64,000 nucleotides of DNA from an uncultured Candidatus Rokubacteria bacterium (GCA_963762145.1 CAVXJS010000010.1:32001-96000); one strand, 5' to 3'. Counted from the stretch's first letter, positions 10,333-21,662 are shown. The notes: generated by a model from the sequence alone, not told the origin. A program made the numbers and translations.

Positions 10333-11992
10333 GCGCGGCCTCCTGATAGGCGACCTCGCCGCCCACGACGGTCGCGACCACCGGGATCTTGCCGAGCTCG
10401 TGCGGAGCTTCCTTCAGGGGATCGGCGCCGAGGATCACGAGATCGCCCAGCTTGCCGACCTCGAGCGTGCCCTTCACGCGCTCCTCGAAGGCGCCCCGCG
10501 CCGCGTTCGAGGTCACGGTGGTGAGCGCTTCCCGGACCGCGATGCGCTCCGGGTCGTTGAGCACCTTGCCCGAGCTCGTCACGCGCGCCGCCGCGCTCTG
10601 CACGCAGAAGAGCGGGCTCACCGGCGTCACCGGGCAGTCCGAGTGGAGCATCGGGCGGATGCCGGCGCGGAAGGCGGAGCCGACCGGGTCGAGCACCTGC
10701 ACGCGGCTCGGGCCGAGGAAGCGGTCGCGATGGCGGTCGCCCCAGTAGTAGACGTGGTTGGCGAAGTAGTTCGGGATCACCCCGAGCCGGGCGATCCGCT
10801 CGATCTGCTCCGGGTGGCACACCTGGCAGTGCTCGATGCGGTGGCGATGGTCGGCCTTCGGGATCGCCCGGAGCGCCCGCTCGTAGGCGAGGAGCACCGA
10901 GTCGATCGCGGCGTCGCCGTTGGCGTGGATGGCGATCTGGTAGCCGCGCCGGTGCAGCGTGAGCACCATGTCGTCGAGCTCGGCCTGCTCGTAGATGAGC
11001 CAGCCCTTCTCCGCGTCGTTACAGTAGTAGGGCTCGCGCAGGGCCGCGGTGATCCCCTGGATGGACCCGTCCGAGACGATCTTGCAGCCCGCCACCCGCA
11101 GCTTGTCGTCGCCCGAGCCGGGCACGGGCGCGAAGTCGAGCTCCTTGAGATAGTCCCACTGCATGAACATGTTCACGCGCAGCTTGAGCGCGCCCGCGGC
11201 GTGCATCTTCTTATACGTGTCCAGGATGTCGATCCCGCGCAGGCGGCTCACGTGGGCGTCGTGGATCGTGGTCACGCCCTGGCGCAGGAACTCGTCCTGG
11301 GCTCGGCGGAAGGAGTCGGCCAGCTCCGCCGCGTCGTAGGCCGGGATCAGCTTCGTGACCAGCGTCTGGGCCGGCGCCTCGTAGAGCACGCCGTCGGGCT
11401 CCGCGCTGCCCTCGAAGCGGCCGATGCGCCCGCCGGGCGGGTCCGCGGTGGCCGCGCTGATTCCGGCCAGCGCCAGCGCTCGGCTGTTGGCGACCGTGAG
11501 GTGGCCCGAGTTGTGCCAGATCACGATGGGGTGCTCGGTCGAGGCCTGGTCGAGATCGCGGCGCGTCGGATGCCGCATGTCCCGCAGCCCGGTGTCGTCG
11601 TAGCCGCGCCCGAGGATCCACCGGTCCGGCGGTAGCGCGCCGGCCGCCTGGCGGACGCGCGCCACGATGTCGGCGATGGTCACGTTGGGCGGCGTCCGCG
11701 CGTCCACCCCGATGAGCGCGGTACCGTAACCCACCATGTGGTTGTGCGGCTCGATGAAGCCGGGCAGCACGGTGCGCCCGCCCGCGTCGATCACGCGCAT
11801 GCCGGGCCGCCGGAACGCGGCCACGTCCTGGTCGCGGCCCACCGCCACGATCTTGCCGGCGTGGATCGCAATGGCGGATGGTGTTGGCGAGGCCGTCGTG
11901 TCCCGGCCGTCCATCGTCAGCACGTTCGCGTTCGTCACGAGCAGGTCCACGAGATCCTCGCTTTCAGGACAGGCCGCCGCGGGAGAAGCCAC
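10325..11992 (-). CDS. YtcJ-like metal-dependent amidohydrolase (Amidohydro_3)
   Basis: PGFIEPHNH, KIVSDGS, HANGDAAID, RIEHCQ, HSDCPV, GTLEVGKLGDLVIL. Start is uncertain (GTG at 11950 is possible). Confidence 0.88.
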   Translation of the reverse strand: MASPAAACPESEDLVDLLVTNANVLTMDGRDTTASPTPSAIAIHAGKIVAVGRDQDVAAFRRPGMRVIDAGGRTVLPGFIEPHNHMVGYGTALIGVDARTPPNVTIADIVARVRQAAGALPPDRWILGRGYDDTGLRDMRHPTRRDLDQASTEHPIVIWHNSGHLTVANSRALALAGISAATADPPGGRIGRFEGSAEPDGVLYEAPAQTLVTKLIPAYDAAELADSFRRAQDEFLRQGVTTIHDAHVSRLRGIDILDTYKKMHAAGALKLRVNMFMQWDYLKELDFAPVPGSGDDKLRVAGCKIVSDGSIQGITAALREPYYCNDAEKGWLIYEQAELDDMVLTLHRRGYQIAIHANGDAAIDSVLLAYERALRAIPKADHRHRIEHCQVCHPEQIERIARLGVIPNYFANHVYYWGDRHRDRFLGPSRVQVLDPVGSAFRAGIRPMLHSDCPVTPVSPLFCVQSAAARVTSSGKVLNDPERIAVREALTTVTSNAARGAFEERVKGTLEVGKLGDLVILGADPLKEAPHELGKIPVVATVVGGEVAYQEAALG

Positions 11993-12896
11993 CCCGCAGC
12001 CGGGGGTCGAGCAGGTCGCGCAATCCGTCGCCCAGCAGGTTCAGCCCCATCACCACGATGGCGATGCAGCATCCCGGGAAGAACATGAGCCAGGGCGCGG
12101 CCTCGATGAAGTTGCGGCCCTCCGCCACCATCGTCCCCCAGCTCGGCACCGACGGCGGGGCGCCGGCGCCGAGGAAGCTCAGGATGGCCTCGGTCAGCAC
12201 CGAGACCGCGAAGGTGAACGAGGCCAGCACGAGCAGGGGCGCGAAGATGTTCGGGAGCACGTGCCGGGCGATGAGGCGGCCGTCCGGAACGCCGAGGGCG
12301 CGCGCGGCCTCGACGTAGACCATGGCCTGCACGGCCAGCGTCGACCCGCGCGCCAGGCGCGCCGCGCTCGGCGCGTAGGCGACCGACAGCGCGATGATCA
12401 CGTTGAGGACGCTCGGGCCGAGCGCCGCCATGAGCGTGATCGCGAACAGCACCGCCGGGAAGGCCATGAGCCCGTCGACGATGCGCATGATCGGGCCGTC
12501 GAGGCGGGGGTAGTAGCCGGCGACTATGCCCAGGGGCACGCCCAGCAGCAGGCTGAGCGGCACCACGATGGCCCCGATCGTCAGGGTGAGCCGCGCGCCG
12601 AACACGGCGCGGCTCAGGATGTCGCGGCCCAGATCGTCGGTGCCGAAGGGGTGCGCGGCGCTCGGCGGCTGCAGCCGCTCGGTCGGCCGCATGCGGTTCG
12701 GCCCGTAGGGCGCGATCTGATCCGCGAAGATGGCCAGGACGAGCAGGGTGCCGAGGATGCCGAGTCCCGCGATCGTGTAGCGGCTCCGCCAGAGCCGGGC
12801 GAGGCCCGGCCGCGGCCGCGCGCCCGGGCGGCCGAGCCCGGCGAGCGCGGCGGCGGGCTCAGTAGCGGATCCGGAGACGGGGGTCGAGGTAGGCAT
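11964..12896 (-). CDS. peptide/nickel ABC permease, DppC/OppC-like
   Basis: HPFGTDDLGRD, YVEAARALG, HVLPN, NLLGDGLRDLLDPR. Confidence 0.92.
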   Translation of the reverse strand: MPTSTPVSGSATEPAAALAGLGRPGARPRPGLARLWRSRYTIAGLGILGTLLVLAIFADQIAPYGPNRMRPTERLQPPSAAHPFGTDDLGRDILSRAVFGARLTLTIGAIVVPLSLLLGVPLGIVAGYYPRLDGPIMRIVDGLMAFPAVLFAITLMAALGPSVLNVIIALSVAYAPSAARLARGSTLAVQAMVYVEAARALGVPDGRLIARHVLPNIFAPLLVLASFTFAVSVLTEAILSFLGAGAPPSVPSWGTMVAEGRNFIEAAPWLMFFPGCCIAIVVMGLNLLGDGLRDLLDPRLRGGFSRGGLS

Positions 12897-13806
12897 AGGC
12901 GAGATCCACCAGGATGTTCATGACGATGAAGATCATCGCCACGAACATCAAAATTGCCTGGATCAGCGGGTAGTCGCGGTTGAGCAGCGCGCTCGCGGTG
13001 AGCCGGCCGAGCCCGGGGAGCGCGAAGATCGTCTCGACCACGACCGCCCCGCTCACGAGAGCGCCGAAGCCGAGGCCGATCACGGTCACGGTCGGGATCA
13101 GCGCGTTGCGGAGCGCGTGGCGCAGCACGATGACACGCCCGCTCATGCCCTTGGCGTGGGCGGTGCGGATGTAGTCCTCGCGCAGGACCTCGAGCATGCT
13201 CGAGCGCACCATGCGCGCGGTGAGCGCCATCTGGATGAGGCCGAGGGAGACCGCGGGCAGGATCATGTGGCGCAGGAACGGGCCGATCCCGTCCGCGAGC
13301 GGGCGAAACTCGCCCACCGGCAGCCAACCCAGCTTGACCCCGAACGAGAACACCAGCAGCAGGCCGAGCCAGAAGGCCGGGATCGAGAGACCGGCGAGGG
13401 CGAAGGCCATCGCGGCCTGATCGAGCCACGTGTTGGCCCGCACCGCGGCGAGCAGGCCCAGCGGGATCGCGAGGACCAATGCGAAGATCTCCGCGGTGAT
13501 GGCCAGCGAGATCGTGGGCTCGAGCCGCTCGAAGATCGCGGTGGTCACCGGGCGGCCGAGGAAGATCGACTGCCCGAAGTCGGCGCGCGCCAGCCGGCCG
13601 AGGTAGCGTACGAACTGGACGTGGATCGGCTGGTCGAGCCCGAGGTACTGCCGGGTGCGCTCGATCTGCTCGCGGCTGGCGTTGTCGCCCGCGAGCAGCG
13701 CGGCGGGATCGCCCGGCGTCAGGCGGAACAGCAGGAACCCGACGATCGCCACCACCACGACGACCGGGATCGCGCTGGCCAGCCGCCGGGCGAGGTAGCT
13801 CCTCAC
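12859..13806 (-). CDS. peptide/nickel ABC permease, DppB/OppB-like
   Basis: GTG at 13806 (VRSYLARRL), PGDPA, DYIRTAHAKG, HALRNAL, VDLAYAYLDPR. Confidence 0.9.
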   Translation of the reverse strand: MRSYLARRLASAIPVVVVVAIVGFLLFRLTPGDPAALLAGDNASREQIERTRQYLGLDQPIHVQFVRYLGRLARADFGQSIFLGRPVTTAIFERLEPTISLAITAEIFALVLAIPLGLLAAVRANTWLDQAAMAFALAGLSIPAFWLGLLLVFSFGVKLGWLPVGEFRPLADGIGPFLRHMILPAVSLGLIQMALTARMVRSSMLEVLREDYIRTAHAKGMSGRVIVLRHALRNALIPTVTVIGLGFGALVSGAVVVETIFALPGLGRLTASALLNRDYPLIQAILMFVAMIFIVMNILVDLAYAYLDPRLRIRY

Positions 13807-15402
13807 TTCTTGCCGTCGAACCAGACTCCGAAGTAGATCGGGCTGCCGAGGTGCTGGGAGCCCTTCACGTGCGGGCCCGACCGTGTTGAGGGTGGCGAAG
13901 TTGCCGAAGGGGAACAGCGGGATCTCCTCCCAGAACCAGCGGTGGAAGTCGTCCCGGATCTTGACGATCTCCGCCGCGCTCGTGGTCTGCAGCCGCCGCT
14001 CGAGGAGCTCGTCGCGCGCCGGGTTGACGAAGAAGCCCGAAGCGGGGTGCTGTGGGTTGTTCCACGTCGGCGCGACCAGGTCGTTCTGGTACCAGACGTT
14101 GAACGCGTTGTACATCGCGCTGTGCTTCTTCTCCCAGCGCTTCTGCACCATCACCGTCCAGTCCATGATCTGGAGATCGACCTTGAAGAGCTTGCTCTCC
14201 TCGAGCTGCTGCACCGCCACCTGGATCTGGCGCCCGCCCGGGATGCTCACCGGGACCGAGATCACCTGGATCGGCACCGGCGGCGTGAGCCCGGCCGAGA
14301 GGATGAGCTCCTTCGCCTTCGCCAGGTCGCGCTTGGCGTAGGTGTCGTACCCGATCTTGCTCACCCACGTGGCCTGGTTCGGGAAGAAGGGGCTCGAGTT
14401 GAGCGTGTAGAGGCCCTTCGGGGCGATGGCGGCCAGCATCTCCTCCGGCTCCAGGACCGCGGCCACCGCCTGGCGCATCGCCTTCTTGTCGAACGGCGCG
14501 ATCGTTGTGTTGAAGGTGATCTCGGTGCGCCCGCCGTACGGGTTCACCTGAGCGATCACCGCGGGGTTGTTCTTGATCTGCGCCATCTGATCGAGCGGCA
14601 GGTTCATCGCGAGGTCGTAGCGCCCGGTCAGCGCGCCCGCGAGCCGTCCCGCCGACTCCGGCACGAAGTTGTGGTGGATGCGGTCGAAGTAGGCGGTCTT
14701 GTTCCCCGCGAAGCCGGAGAGTGGCTCCTTGCGGGCCGCGTACTTGTCGAAGCGCTCCAGCACGATGCGCCGGTCGCGCTCCCAGCTCACGAACTTGTAG
14801 GGGCCGGTGCCGATCACGTCCTTCTCGGCCACGCGGTCCTTCTCGCCCGGGTAGCGGTCCAGCACCGACTTGGGGAAGATCATGGGCTGCACGCCCTCCA
14901 CCATCGAGAGCGCTTCGAGCATCGCCCCGAACGGCTTGGACAGCTTCATGCGGACCGTCAGGTCGTCGACCCGCTCGAGCGCCGTGAGCCGCGACTTCAG
15001 ATGCGGCGCCCAGGTCCCGTCCCGGACGAGCCAGCGCTGGAGCGAGGCGACGACGTCGTCCGACTTCAAAATTTCGCCGTTGTGGAAGGGCACGCCCTTG
15101 CGGATGACGAACGTCCACGTGAGGCTGTCCGGGCTCACCGTCCACTTCTCGACCAGCATCGGCTTCGGCACGAGCGCGGCGTCCGGCGCGAAGAGGCCCT
15201 CCTGCACGTTGTCCACGATGTGCGACTTGGCGCTGATCGTGTCCGCCATGGCGTCAAGGGTGAAGGGGCTCAGGTCGTAGGCGACCTCGTAGGTTCCGCC
15301 GGGCTTCTGGGCCGCCGCGGGCCCCGTGAGCGTGAGCGCGATGGCGAGCGCAACGGTGAGCAGCGAAGGGATCCGGAATGGAGCCAGCAGTGAGGGCAAC
15401 AT
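13803..15402 (-). CDS. peptide ABC substrate-binding protein (family 5), frameshift near 13872
   Basis: Signal peptide, FHNGE, IGTGPYKF. The alternative frame ends HVKGSQHLGSPIYFGVWFDGKK-TGA at 13803, overlapping the permease start. Confidence 0.88.
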
Positions 15403-15497
15403 GGTGCCTCCTGTTTGACCGCGAGGGGCGGGGCGACCGAGCGAGCCGACGTTACTCGCGGGGCCAGGAGGTGTCAAGGGCGCGCGGATGGCGGGAG

Positions 15498-16124
15498 CTA
15501 GCGGTATCGAGCGGGGATGCTATCCCTCCGGTCCGTCAGGTGAAGGACGCCCTCCGCGTCGGTCCAGCGGTACACCGTGGTGGGACGCGCCGGTTCGGAC
15601 GCCGGCGGGGCGGGTGACCTGGGGGCATCCGCCGGTGGAGGTGCCGTCGGCGGAGCCGATGGGGGATTCGGGATCCACACCCACCGGTACGGCGCGGTGA
15701 TTCCGTCGCCGCGAAGCTCGTAGCGTCCGGTTGGATACTCGATCACGCTGGGCATCGGCGCGGATGGGGCGAGCGAGACCGTGCTGCCCATCGGCGCACC
15801 GTACATCACGGGCGGGGCGTACACGGGCGACGGGTAGTAGTACGAGGGCGCGCGGTAGTACGAGAGCCCCCCGTACGACAGGCCGCCGTAGCCGACGATC
15901 GCTATGCCCGGCGCGAAGGGTCGATGAAAGAACGAGCGCGGAGCGAAGGAGCCGGGCGCGCCATGGCGATGAGCGAATGGCCGCGAGCCGGTCGGCTGAC
16001 CCACCATGACCGCGCCCCCGCCAGATCGGCCACCGGCTCGCTGCGCGAACGCGGCGGTCGGGCCGAGTACGACACCCGTCAGGAGTGTCAGGGCAACGGC
16101 CCAGGCGATCGGACGCTTCCTCAC
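15498..16124 (-). CDS. secreted Pro/Tyr-rich protein with C-terminal DUF4124-like motif
   Basis: Signal peptide ending AFA, low-complexity middle, YRWTDAEGVLHLTD...IPARYR. Confidence 0.65.
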   Translation of the reverse strand: MRKRPIAWAVALTLLTGVVLGPTAAFAQRAGGRSGGGAVMVGQPTGSRPFAHRHGAPGSFAPRSFFHRPFAPGIAIVGYGGLSYGGLSYYRAPSYYYPSPVYAPPVMYGAPMGSTVSLAPSAPMPSVIEYPTGRYELRGDGITAPYRWVWIPNPPSAPPTAPPPADAPRSPAPPASEPARPTTVYRWTDAEGVLHLTDRRDSIPARYR

Positions 16125-16208
16125 CGCCACGCCTCCACCGCTCGAAGATGAGCGGAGTGTGCGCTCCGCTCGGAGGGACGTCAAGACGACGCCTGGCGCC
16201 GGCCGGCG

Positions 16209-17369
16209 CTAGTGGGCGCCCGCCAGGTTGTAGAGCCGCGCGCAGTTGTCCCAGAGGATCTTCGACTTCGACTTGTCGGTGACGCCGTCCAGGTGCACGA
16301 ACTCGTCGATCGCCGTCGGGAAGAGCCCGTCCGAGTGAGGGTAGTCGGTCGAGACGACGATGTTGTCGTCGCCGATCGCCTCGATGACCTGGCGGAGCGG
16401 CTTCTCGTCGGCGTCGGTGGCGATGACGCACTGGCGGAAGAAGTACTGGCTGGGCGTGTGCGCGATCTGGATCTCGGAGCCGGGGCCGAACTTCTCCCAC
16501 GCCTCGTCGAGCCGCCACAGGTACCAGGGGAGCCAGCCGCACGTGCCCTCGAGGAACGCGCAGCGCAGGGCCGGGTGCCGCTCGAGGACGCCGCCGGCGG
16601 CCATGCTGCCGAAGGCCATCATGAGCTCGACGGGGTTGCGGCCGGCCTGGCCGATGACGCGGCCGTTCGGAGTGTCGAGGTAGCGGCGCGCGATGTCGTC
16701 GCGCAGCGACGACTGCCCGGTCGGATGGAAGCCGACCGGCACGCCGAGCTCCTCGACGGCGGCCCAGAACGGCTCCATCTCCGGGTCGTGGACGTGCCGC
16801 CCGTTGATCGGGTTCGGGTTGCCGACGATCGCCACCGCGCCGAGCCGGCGCACCGCGCGCCGGGCCTCGGTGATCGCGCCGGGCACGTCGTGGAACGCGA
16901 CCTGGGCGGCGAACTTCAGCCGCGACGGCTCGTGCTGGCAGTAGTCGTACGTCCAGTCGTTGTGCGCGGCGGCGAGCGCGGAGGCGACCGCCGGGTCGAG
17001 GTCGTCGTGCATGAGCACCTGGCGCCCGCGCGTGCCGTAGAGCACCGCCACGTCGATGCCCTCGATGTCCATGGCCTGGACGTGCGACGCCGCGTCGTAG
17101 CCGCGCGCGTGCGCGACCTCGTAGTGCGGCGACCGCTCGAAGGCGCGCCGCTGGAGATCCTTGCCGACGGCGGCGGTGTGCGCGCGCTTGGACATCTCCC
17201 CGATCTCGAGATCGCCGATCTGGATCACCGGCTGATTCGGCGAGTTGGCCGTCCCGCGCCGGAACCGGGGCGCGAGCTGCTTGAACGGCTCGGCGAGATA
17301 GCGCTCCCAGAGGCCGTCGGGCTCCATCGTGTGCAGATCCGAGTCCATGACCTTGAAATTGTTCTTCAT
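16209..17369 (-). CDS. amidohydrolase family 2 protein
   Basis: DSDLHTMEP, MDIEGIDVAVLY, GFHP, FLEGTCGWLP, STDYPHSD; GGAGG RBS. Confidence 0.9.
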   Translation of the reverse strand: MKNNFKVMDSDLHTMEPDGLWERYLAEPFKQLAPRFRRGTANSPNQPVIQIGDLEIGEMSKRAHTAAVGKDLQRRAFERSPHYEVAHARGYDAASHVQAMDIEGIDVAVLYGTRGRQVLMHDDLDPAVASALAAAHNDWTYDYCQHEPSRLKFAAQVAFHDVPGAITEARRAVRRLGAVAIVGNPNPINGRHVHDPEMEPFWAAVEELGVPVGFHPTGQSSLRDDIARRYLDTPNGRVIGQAGRNPVELMMAFGSMAAGGVLERHPALRCAFLEGTCGWLPWYLWRLDEAWEKFGPGSEIQIAHTPSQYFFRQCVIATDADEKPLRQVIEAIGDDNIVVSTDYPHSDGLFPTAIDEFVHLDGVTDKSKSKILWDNCARLYNLAGAH

Positions 17370-17389
17370 CGCAGGGCCTCCCCGTTGCG

Positions 17390-18760
17390 TCAGCGCGGTC
17401 TGCGCTCGGCCGCCAGCACCGCGGCGAACGTCTCGACCAGGCTCTCCAGCTCCGCGTCGCCCATCGGCGTCGAGAGGCAGCCGAGGCCGGTGATGGACAG
17501 CAGCACCCCGGACTCCATGAGCCGGCGGACGATCCGGCGGAGCCGCTCGGCCTCCTCGGGCGTGGTGCGGGTGCTGCGGTAGTCGGTCAGCTCCCGGTCG
17601 GTCGGGTGCAGGCGGAAGAGCGAGCCCATGCCGGTGACCGCGCCCGGCACGCCCGCGCGCTTGAAGCAGGCCTCGAGGCTCGCGCGCAGCTTGGCCCCGA
17701 GCTCGTCGAGCCGGGCGAAGGCCTCGGGCGTCAGCAGCCGCATCGCGACGAGCCCGGCCGCCATCGTGACCGGGTTGGCGTTGAAGGTCCCCCCGTGCGG
17801 CGCCGCCGGCTGGCCCCCGGTGGGGTCGAAGACCGCCATCACGTCGGCGCGGCCGGCCACCGCGCCCACCGGGAAGCCGCCCCCGATGATCTTGCCGAGC
17901 GTGGTCATGTCCGGCGTGACGCCGAACACGCCCTGGGCGCCCTGGTAGCCCACCCGGAACGTGATGACCTCGTCGAAGATGAGCGCGATGCCGTGCGCGC
18001 TCGTCACGTCGCGCAGCGCGCGGAGGAGCTCGCGGCGCGCCGGCATCAGCCCCACCCGGTTCGGGATCGGATCGACGAGGACGGCGGCCAGGTCCGTCGC
18101 CTCGCGCTCGATGCGCGCGACGGCCAGCTCCGGGTGATTGAACGGCAGCACCACGACGTCCTCCAGCACCGCCGGCGGCGTGCCGCGCGAGTACGCGGTG
18201 CTGGCGGGCGATGCCAGGCTGCCCCAGTTCTCGGGGGAGGAGCCGAGGCTCACCTCCGCGTAGTCGTAGGACCCGTGGTAGGCGCCCTCGAACTTGGCGA
18301 TCTTGGGCCGGCCGGTCCAGGCCCGCGCGCCCTTGATCGCCATCATCACCGCCTCGCTGCCCGAGTTGGTGAAGCGCACGCGCTCGGCGGAGGGGAGGCG
18401 CTCGCAGAGCAGCGCGGCGAGCTCGACCTCTTCCGGGGTCGGCAGCGGGAACGACGAGCCCAGCGCGAGCCGCCGCGTGGCCGCCTCGACGATCGCGGCG
18501 TGCGCGTGCCCGTGGATCAGCGCGGTGTAGTTGTTGAGGCAGTCGAGGCGGCGGTCGCCCTCGACGTCCGTGACCCAGCAGCCGTCGCCCGAGGCCGCAT
18601 AGGGCGGATAGGGTGCCATGTACACGGTGGTGCGCGTGTTGCCGCCCGGCATCACGCCCTGCGCCTTCGCGAACAGGGCGGCCGACTTCGAGCCGGGCTC
18701 GGCCCAGCGTCGCGTCTCGCCCAGCGCCTGCGGGGTCCTGGCTCCAGTGGTCGAGGTCAT
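17390..18760 (-). CDS. class III aminotransferase (glutamate-1-semialdehyde aminomutase-like)
   Basis: FTNSGSEA, FEGAYHG, FDEVITFR, LGKIIGGGFPVGA, HGGTFNANP. Confidence 0.9.
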   Translation of the reverse strand: MTSTTGARTPQALGETRRWAEPGSKSAALFAKAQGVMPGGNTRTTVYMAPYPPYAASGDGCWVTDVEGDRRLDCLNNYTALIHGHAHAAIVEAATRRLALGSSFPLPTPEEVELAALLCERLPSAERVRFTNSGSEAVMMAIKGARAWTGRPKIAKFEGAYHGSYDYAEVSLGSSPENWGSLASPASTAYSRGTPPAVLEDVVVLPFNHPELAVARIEREATDLAAVLVDPIPNRVGLMPARRELLRALRDVTSAHGIALIFDEVITFRVGYQGAQGVFGVTPDMTTLGKIIGGGFPVGAVAGRADVMAVFDPTGGQPAAPHGGTFNANPVTMAAGLVAMRLLTPEAFARLDELGAKLRASLEACFKRAGVPGAVTGMGSLFRLHPTDRELTDYRSTRTTPEEAERLRRIVRRLMESGVLLSITGLGCLSTPMGDAELESLVETFAAVLAAERRPR

Positions 18761-18814
18761 GGGAGATCCTCCGGACGAGATCATACCCCGGTCGATCGCC
18801 GGCCGTCGTCGCCT

Positions 18815-18843
18815 TGACAGGGGCCCGCGTGGCCCCGCAGTAT
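18815..18843 (+). promoter_or_regulatory. putative sigma70 promoter
   Basis: TTGACA then CAGTAT just upstream of the hydrolase ATG. Confidence 0.4.
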
Positions 18844-18849
18844 CCGGCG

Positions 18850-19720
18850 ATGACGGGCATGCCGTTCATCGCGTCGAACGGACTCACCGAGGCGGGACAG
18901 CAGCCGGACCATCGAGGCCGGGGGCATGACGGTCCACTACCACGACGTGGGCACGCGGGGAGCCGGTGCTCTTCCTGCACTCCTACGGGCCCGGCACCAC
19001 CGCGTGGATCACCTTCTACAAGACGCTCGGCGCGCTCTCGCAGCACTTCCGCTGCATCCTCATGGACCTGCCGAACTTCAGCAAGACCGGGACCGATCGT
19101 CTACCGCGAGGGCGTGCACGCGGTCCAGGCCCGCACCGCCGTCGCCCTCATGGACGCGCTGGGCATCGAGCGGGCGCACTTCGTCGGCAACTCGCAGGGC
19201 GGGCAATCGTCGATGGTCGCGGCCATCACGTACCCGGACCGGGTCACCAGGTTCGTGATGGGCGGCTCGCACATCGGCACCGGCGGCGACCGCTACCTGA
19301 TGGCCAATCGGCCCTCGGAGGGCAGCCGGGCCACGCGCGAGGCGCTCGCCGATCCGACGCCGCGAGAACATCCGCCGCTATCTGCGCGTGCACATCGACG
19401 ACGAGGCGCTGGTCACCGACGAGCTGGTGGACTACATCCACCGGGCGCATACCGTGGTCGCCGGCGTTCGACGAGGCGCGCCGGCAGTCGGTGAGCGTGC
19501 CGCACGACTACACGCCGGACGCTCGCCGGCATCCAGGCGCCCGTGCTCCTCATCCACGGGCGCTACGACCGGATGGTCGCCTTCGAGGTGAGCATCGCCA
19601 TCCTCAACCACATCGCCGACTCGCGGCTGGTGCTCCTCAACAACTGCGGCCACTGGCCGCCGTTCGAGAAGCCGGCGGAGTACGCCGCGCACGTGCTGCG
19701 CGTTCCTGCAGGGCTACTGA
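18850..19720 (+). CDS. alpha/beta hydrolase, meta-cleavage product hydrolase-like (MhpC/BphD type), several frameshifts
   Basis: Fragments VHYHDVG, LFLHSYGPGTTAW, FVGNSQGG, IHGRYDRMV, NNCGHWPPFE occur in successive frames. Confidence 0.75.
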
Positions 19721-19746
19721 GGCCTGTCCGCACGCGAGGACGGCGG

Positions 19747-20308
19747 CTAGAGGAAGATGCTGAGGTTCTTGTCGAGCAGGACGTTGGCGTCGAGCACGAT
19801 CGTGCGCTTCGCGATCTTCCACGCGCCCTTCGACCCGGCGCAGCACGTCCTCGCGGCTCCCGGCGAGGAGCTGGTGGTCCGTCTCCAGGTGCGAGCGGTA
19901 GACGAGGAACGCGGTCCTGGCCTGGACCTCGCCGCTGGCCAGCGGCTCCGACCACCAGGTTGCCGACCAGGTGGCGCGTGCGCGACGGAGGGTCCTCGGC
20001 CCAGGCCATCCCCGTGTCGAGCCGCGCCACCCGCATCTCCAGGTAGCGCTTGTCGTCCTCGAACAGCGCCAGGTCGCCGAGCGGCGTCACTCGCGGTGCG
20101 ACTCGCGGCGCGGGACGTTCTTGCGGCGGGGCATGAAGTAGAGCACGTCGTCCGTGAACAGCTCCAGCCACTCCTCGAACTTGCGCTCGTCCAGCAGCCA
20201 GGCCTCGCGGATGTAGAACTGCATCAGCTCGAGCCACAGGGCCTGCTGCGGCGTCAGCGCCGGTGTCCGGGCCTCGGGGCGAGCGGTGCGGCGCGCGCGC
20301 TTCCTCAT
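19747..20308 (-). CDS. aromatic ring-hydroxylating dioxygenase beta subunit, frameshifted
   Basis: QFYIREAWLLDERKFEEWLELFTDDVLYFMP, WAEDPPSRTRHLV, C-terminus LDANVLLDKNLSIFL. Confidence 0.85.
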
Positions 20309-20318
20309 CGACGGACCG

Positions 20319-21662
20319 CTAGCCCCGCAGGGTGGCCGTGCCCTCGAAGCGGGCCGTGATCGGGTCGAGGGGGATGTCCGCCCAGCTCTCGGCGTTCATG
20401 AACTCCTGCCAGCGCAGGTAGAAGTGCCGCTGGTTGTTCTCCGAGATGTAGCGCTCGGACACCAGCCCCGGGTAGTCGGGATGCGGCCCGGCGTGGCCGA
20501 GCCCCATCGACAGATCCTGGGGGTACCGGCGGCCGAGGCGGCTCGTGCTCGCCGCCGTCACCTGGCGCCAGTTGTCGACGTCGTCCTGCTCGAACAGCCC
20601 CGCGGCGCCGTTGTTCGCCTGGCTCCCGATCCGGATCACGCGCTTGATGGCCTCGGGCGCGTCCTTCTCGAGCAGCACGAAGTGCCAGAACTCGGTCTGG
20701 AGCGGGCCGCGCGGAAGCGCCAGCCGGAAGCCGAGGACCCCGTTCGGGAAGAGGCTGTGGTTGCCGAGCTGGACCTGGCGCGCGCGGAACGTGCCGAGCC
20801 GCCGCTCGACCTCGGGCAGGGTGGCGTCGTGGTACTCCTGGAAGAGCTGGAAGGTCTCGCGCGACATGCCGTGCACGTACCGGGGCGTGCTGTCGTCGGC
20901 GTCCCGGAAGGTGAGCGAGTGCCCGTTGACGAAGACGTGCTTGTTCGGGCTCTCGAACTGGTCCTTGTGCGAGAGGCGCGGGCGGCCGAGGAAGCGGCTC
21001 TGCACCAGGGCGCTGGACGAGGTGGCTGGTCGGGACGTGGTAGTTGTCGGAGCAGTTGTCCACCATCGTCTTCCAGTTGACCGGCTCGAGCCATTTCATC
21101 GGACCGAGGGCCTGCATGCCGCCGTCCCGCCGGTTGAAGACCGTGTCCAGGTACCAGCGCGCGTCGCCCAGGTAGGCCTCGAGGCTCGGGGCGTCCTGCG
21201 GCCCAGGTGGCGAAGACGATCCCGGCATAGGTCTCGACGCGGGCCTCGACGAGGCCGAGCGATCGGCTTGTCCAGCGCGTCGTAGTAGGCCTCGGACTCG
21301 CCCGGCACGTGCTCCAGCGCTGCCGTCGTTGCGCGTAGGTCCAGCCGTGGTAGGTGCACATGAAGCGCGTGGCGTTGCCGTCATCGCAGCGCACCACGCG
21401 GTTGCCGCGGTGCCGGCACATGTTCAGGAGCGCGTGGAGGCGGCCCTGGCCGTCGCGGGTGAGGATGACCGGGTCCTCGCCCATGTACGTGTGGAAGAAG
21501 TCGTTGGCCTGGGGCACCAGGCTCTCGTGCCCGATCATCAGCCAGGCGCGCCCGAAGATCTTCTCCATCTCCGTCGTCGTAGATCGCCTGGTCGCTGAAG
21601 ATGCGCCGGTCGATCTTGCCGGTGGCGGGGTCGATGACGGCGTACTTCCGCGTGGCGCCCAT
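20319..21662 (-). CDS. aromatic ring-hydroxylating dioxygenase alpha subunit (Rieske), frameshifted
   Basis: NMCRHRGN...CTYHGW, NWKTMVDNCSDNYHVPTSH, FEQDDVDNW, SENNQRHFYLRW; AAGGAGG RBS. Confidence 0.88.

Noticed and set aside
12859-15477. Apparent substrate-binding protein-permease fusion (872 aa)
   Set aside because: A single indel near 13872 explains it; a natural C-terminus and stop overlap the permease GTG.
17390-18760. hemL assignment
   Set aside because: Family motifs match, but there is no tetrapyrrole context; this is likely a catabolic paralogue.
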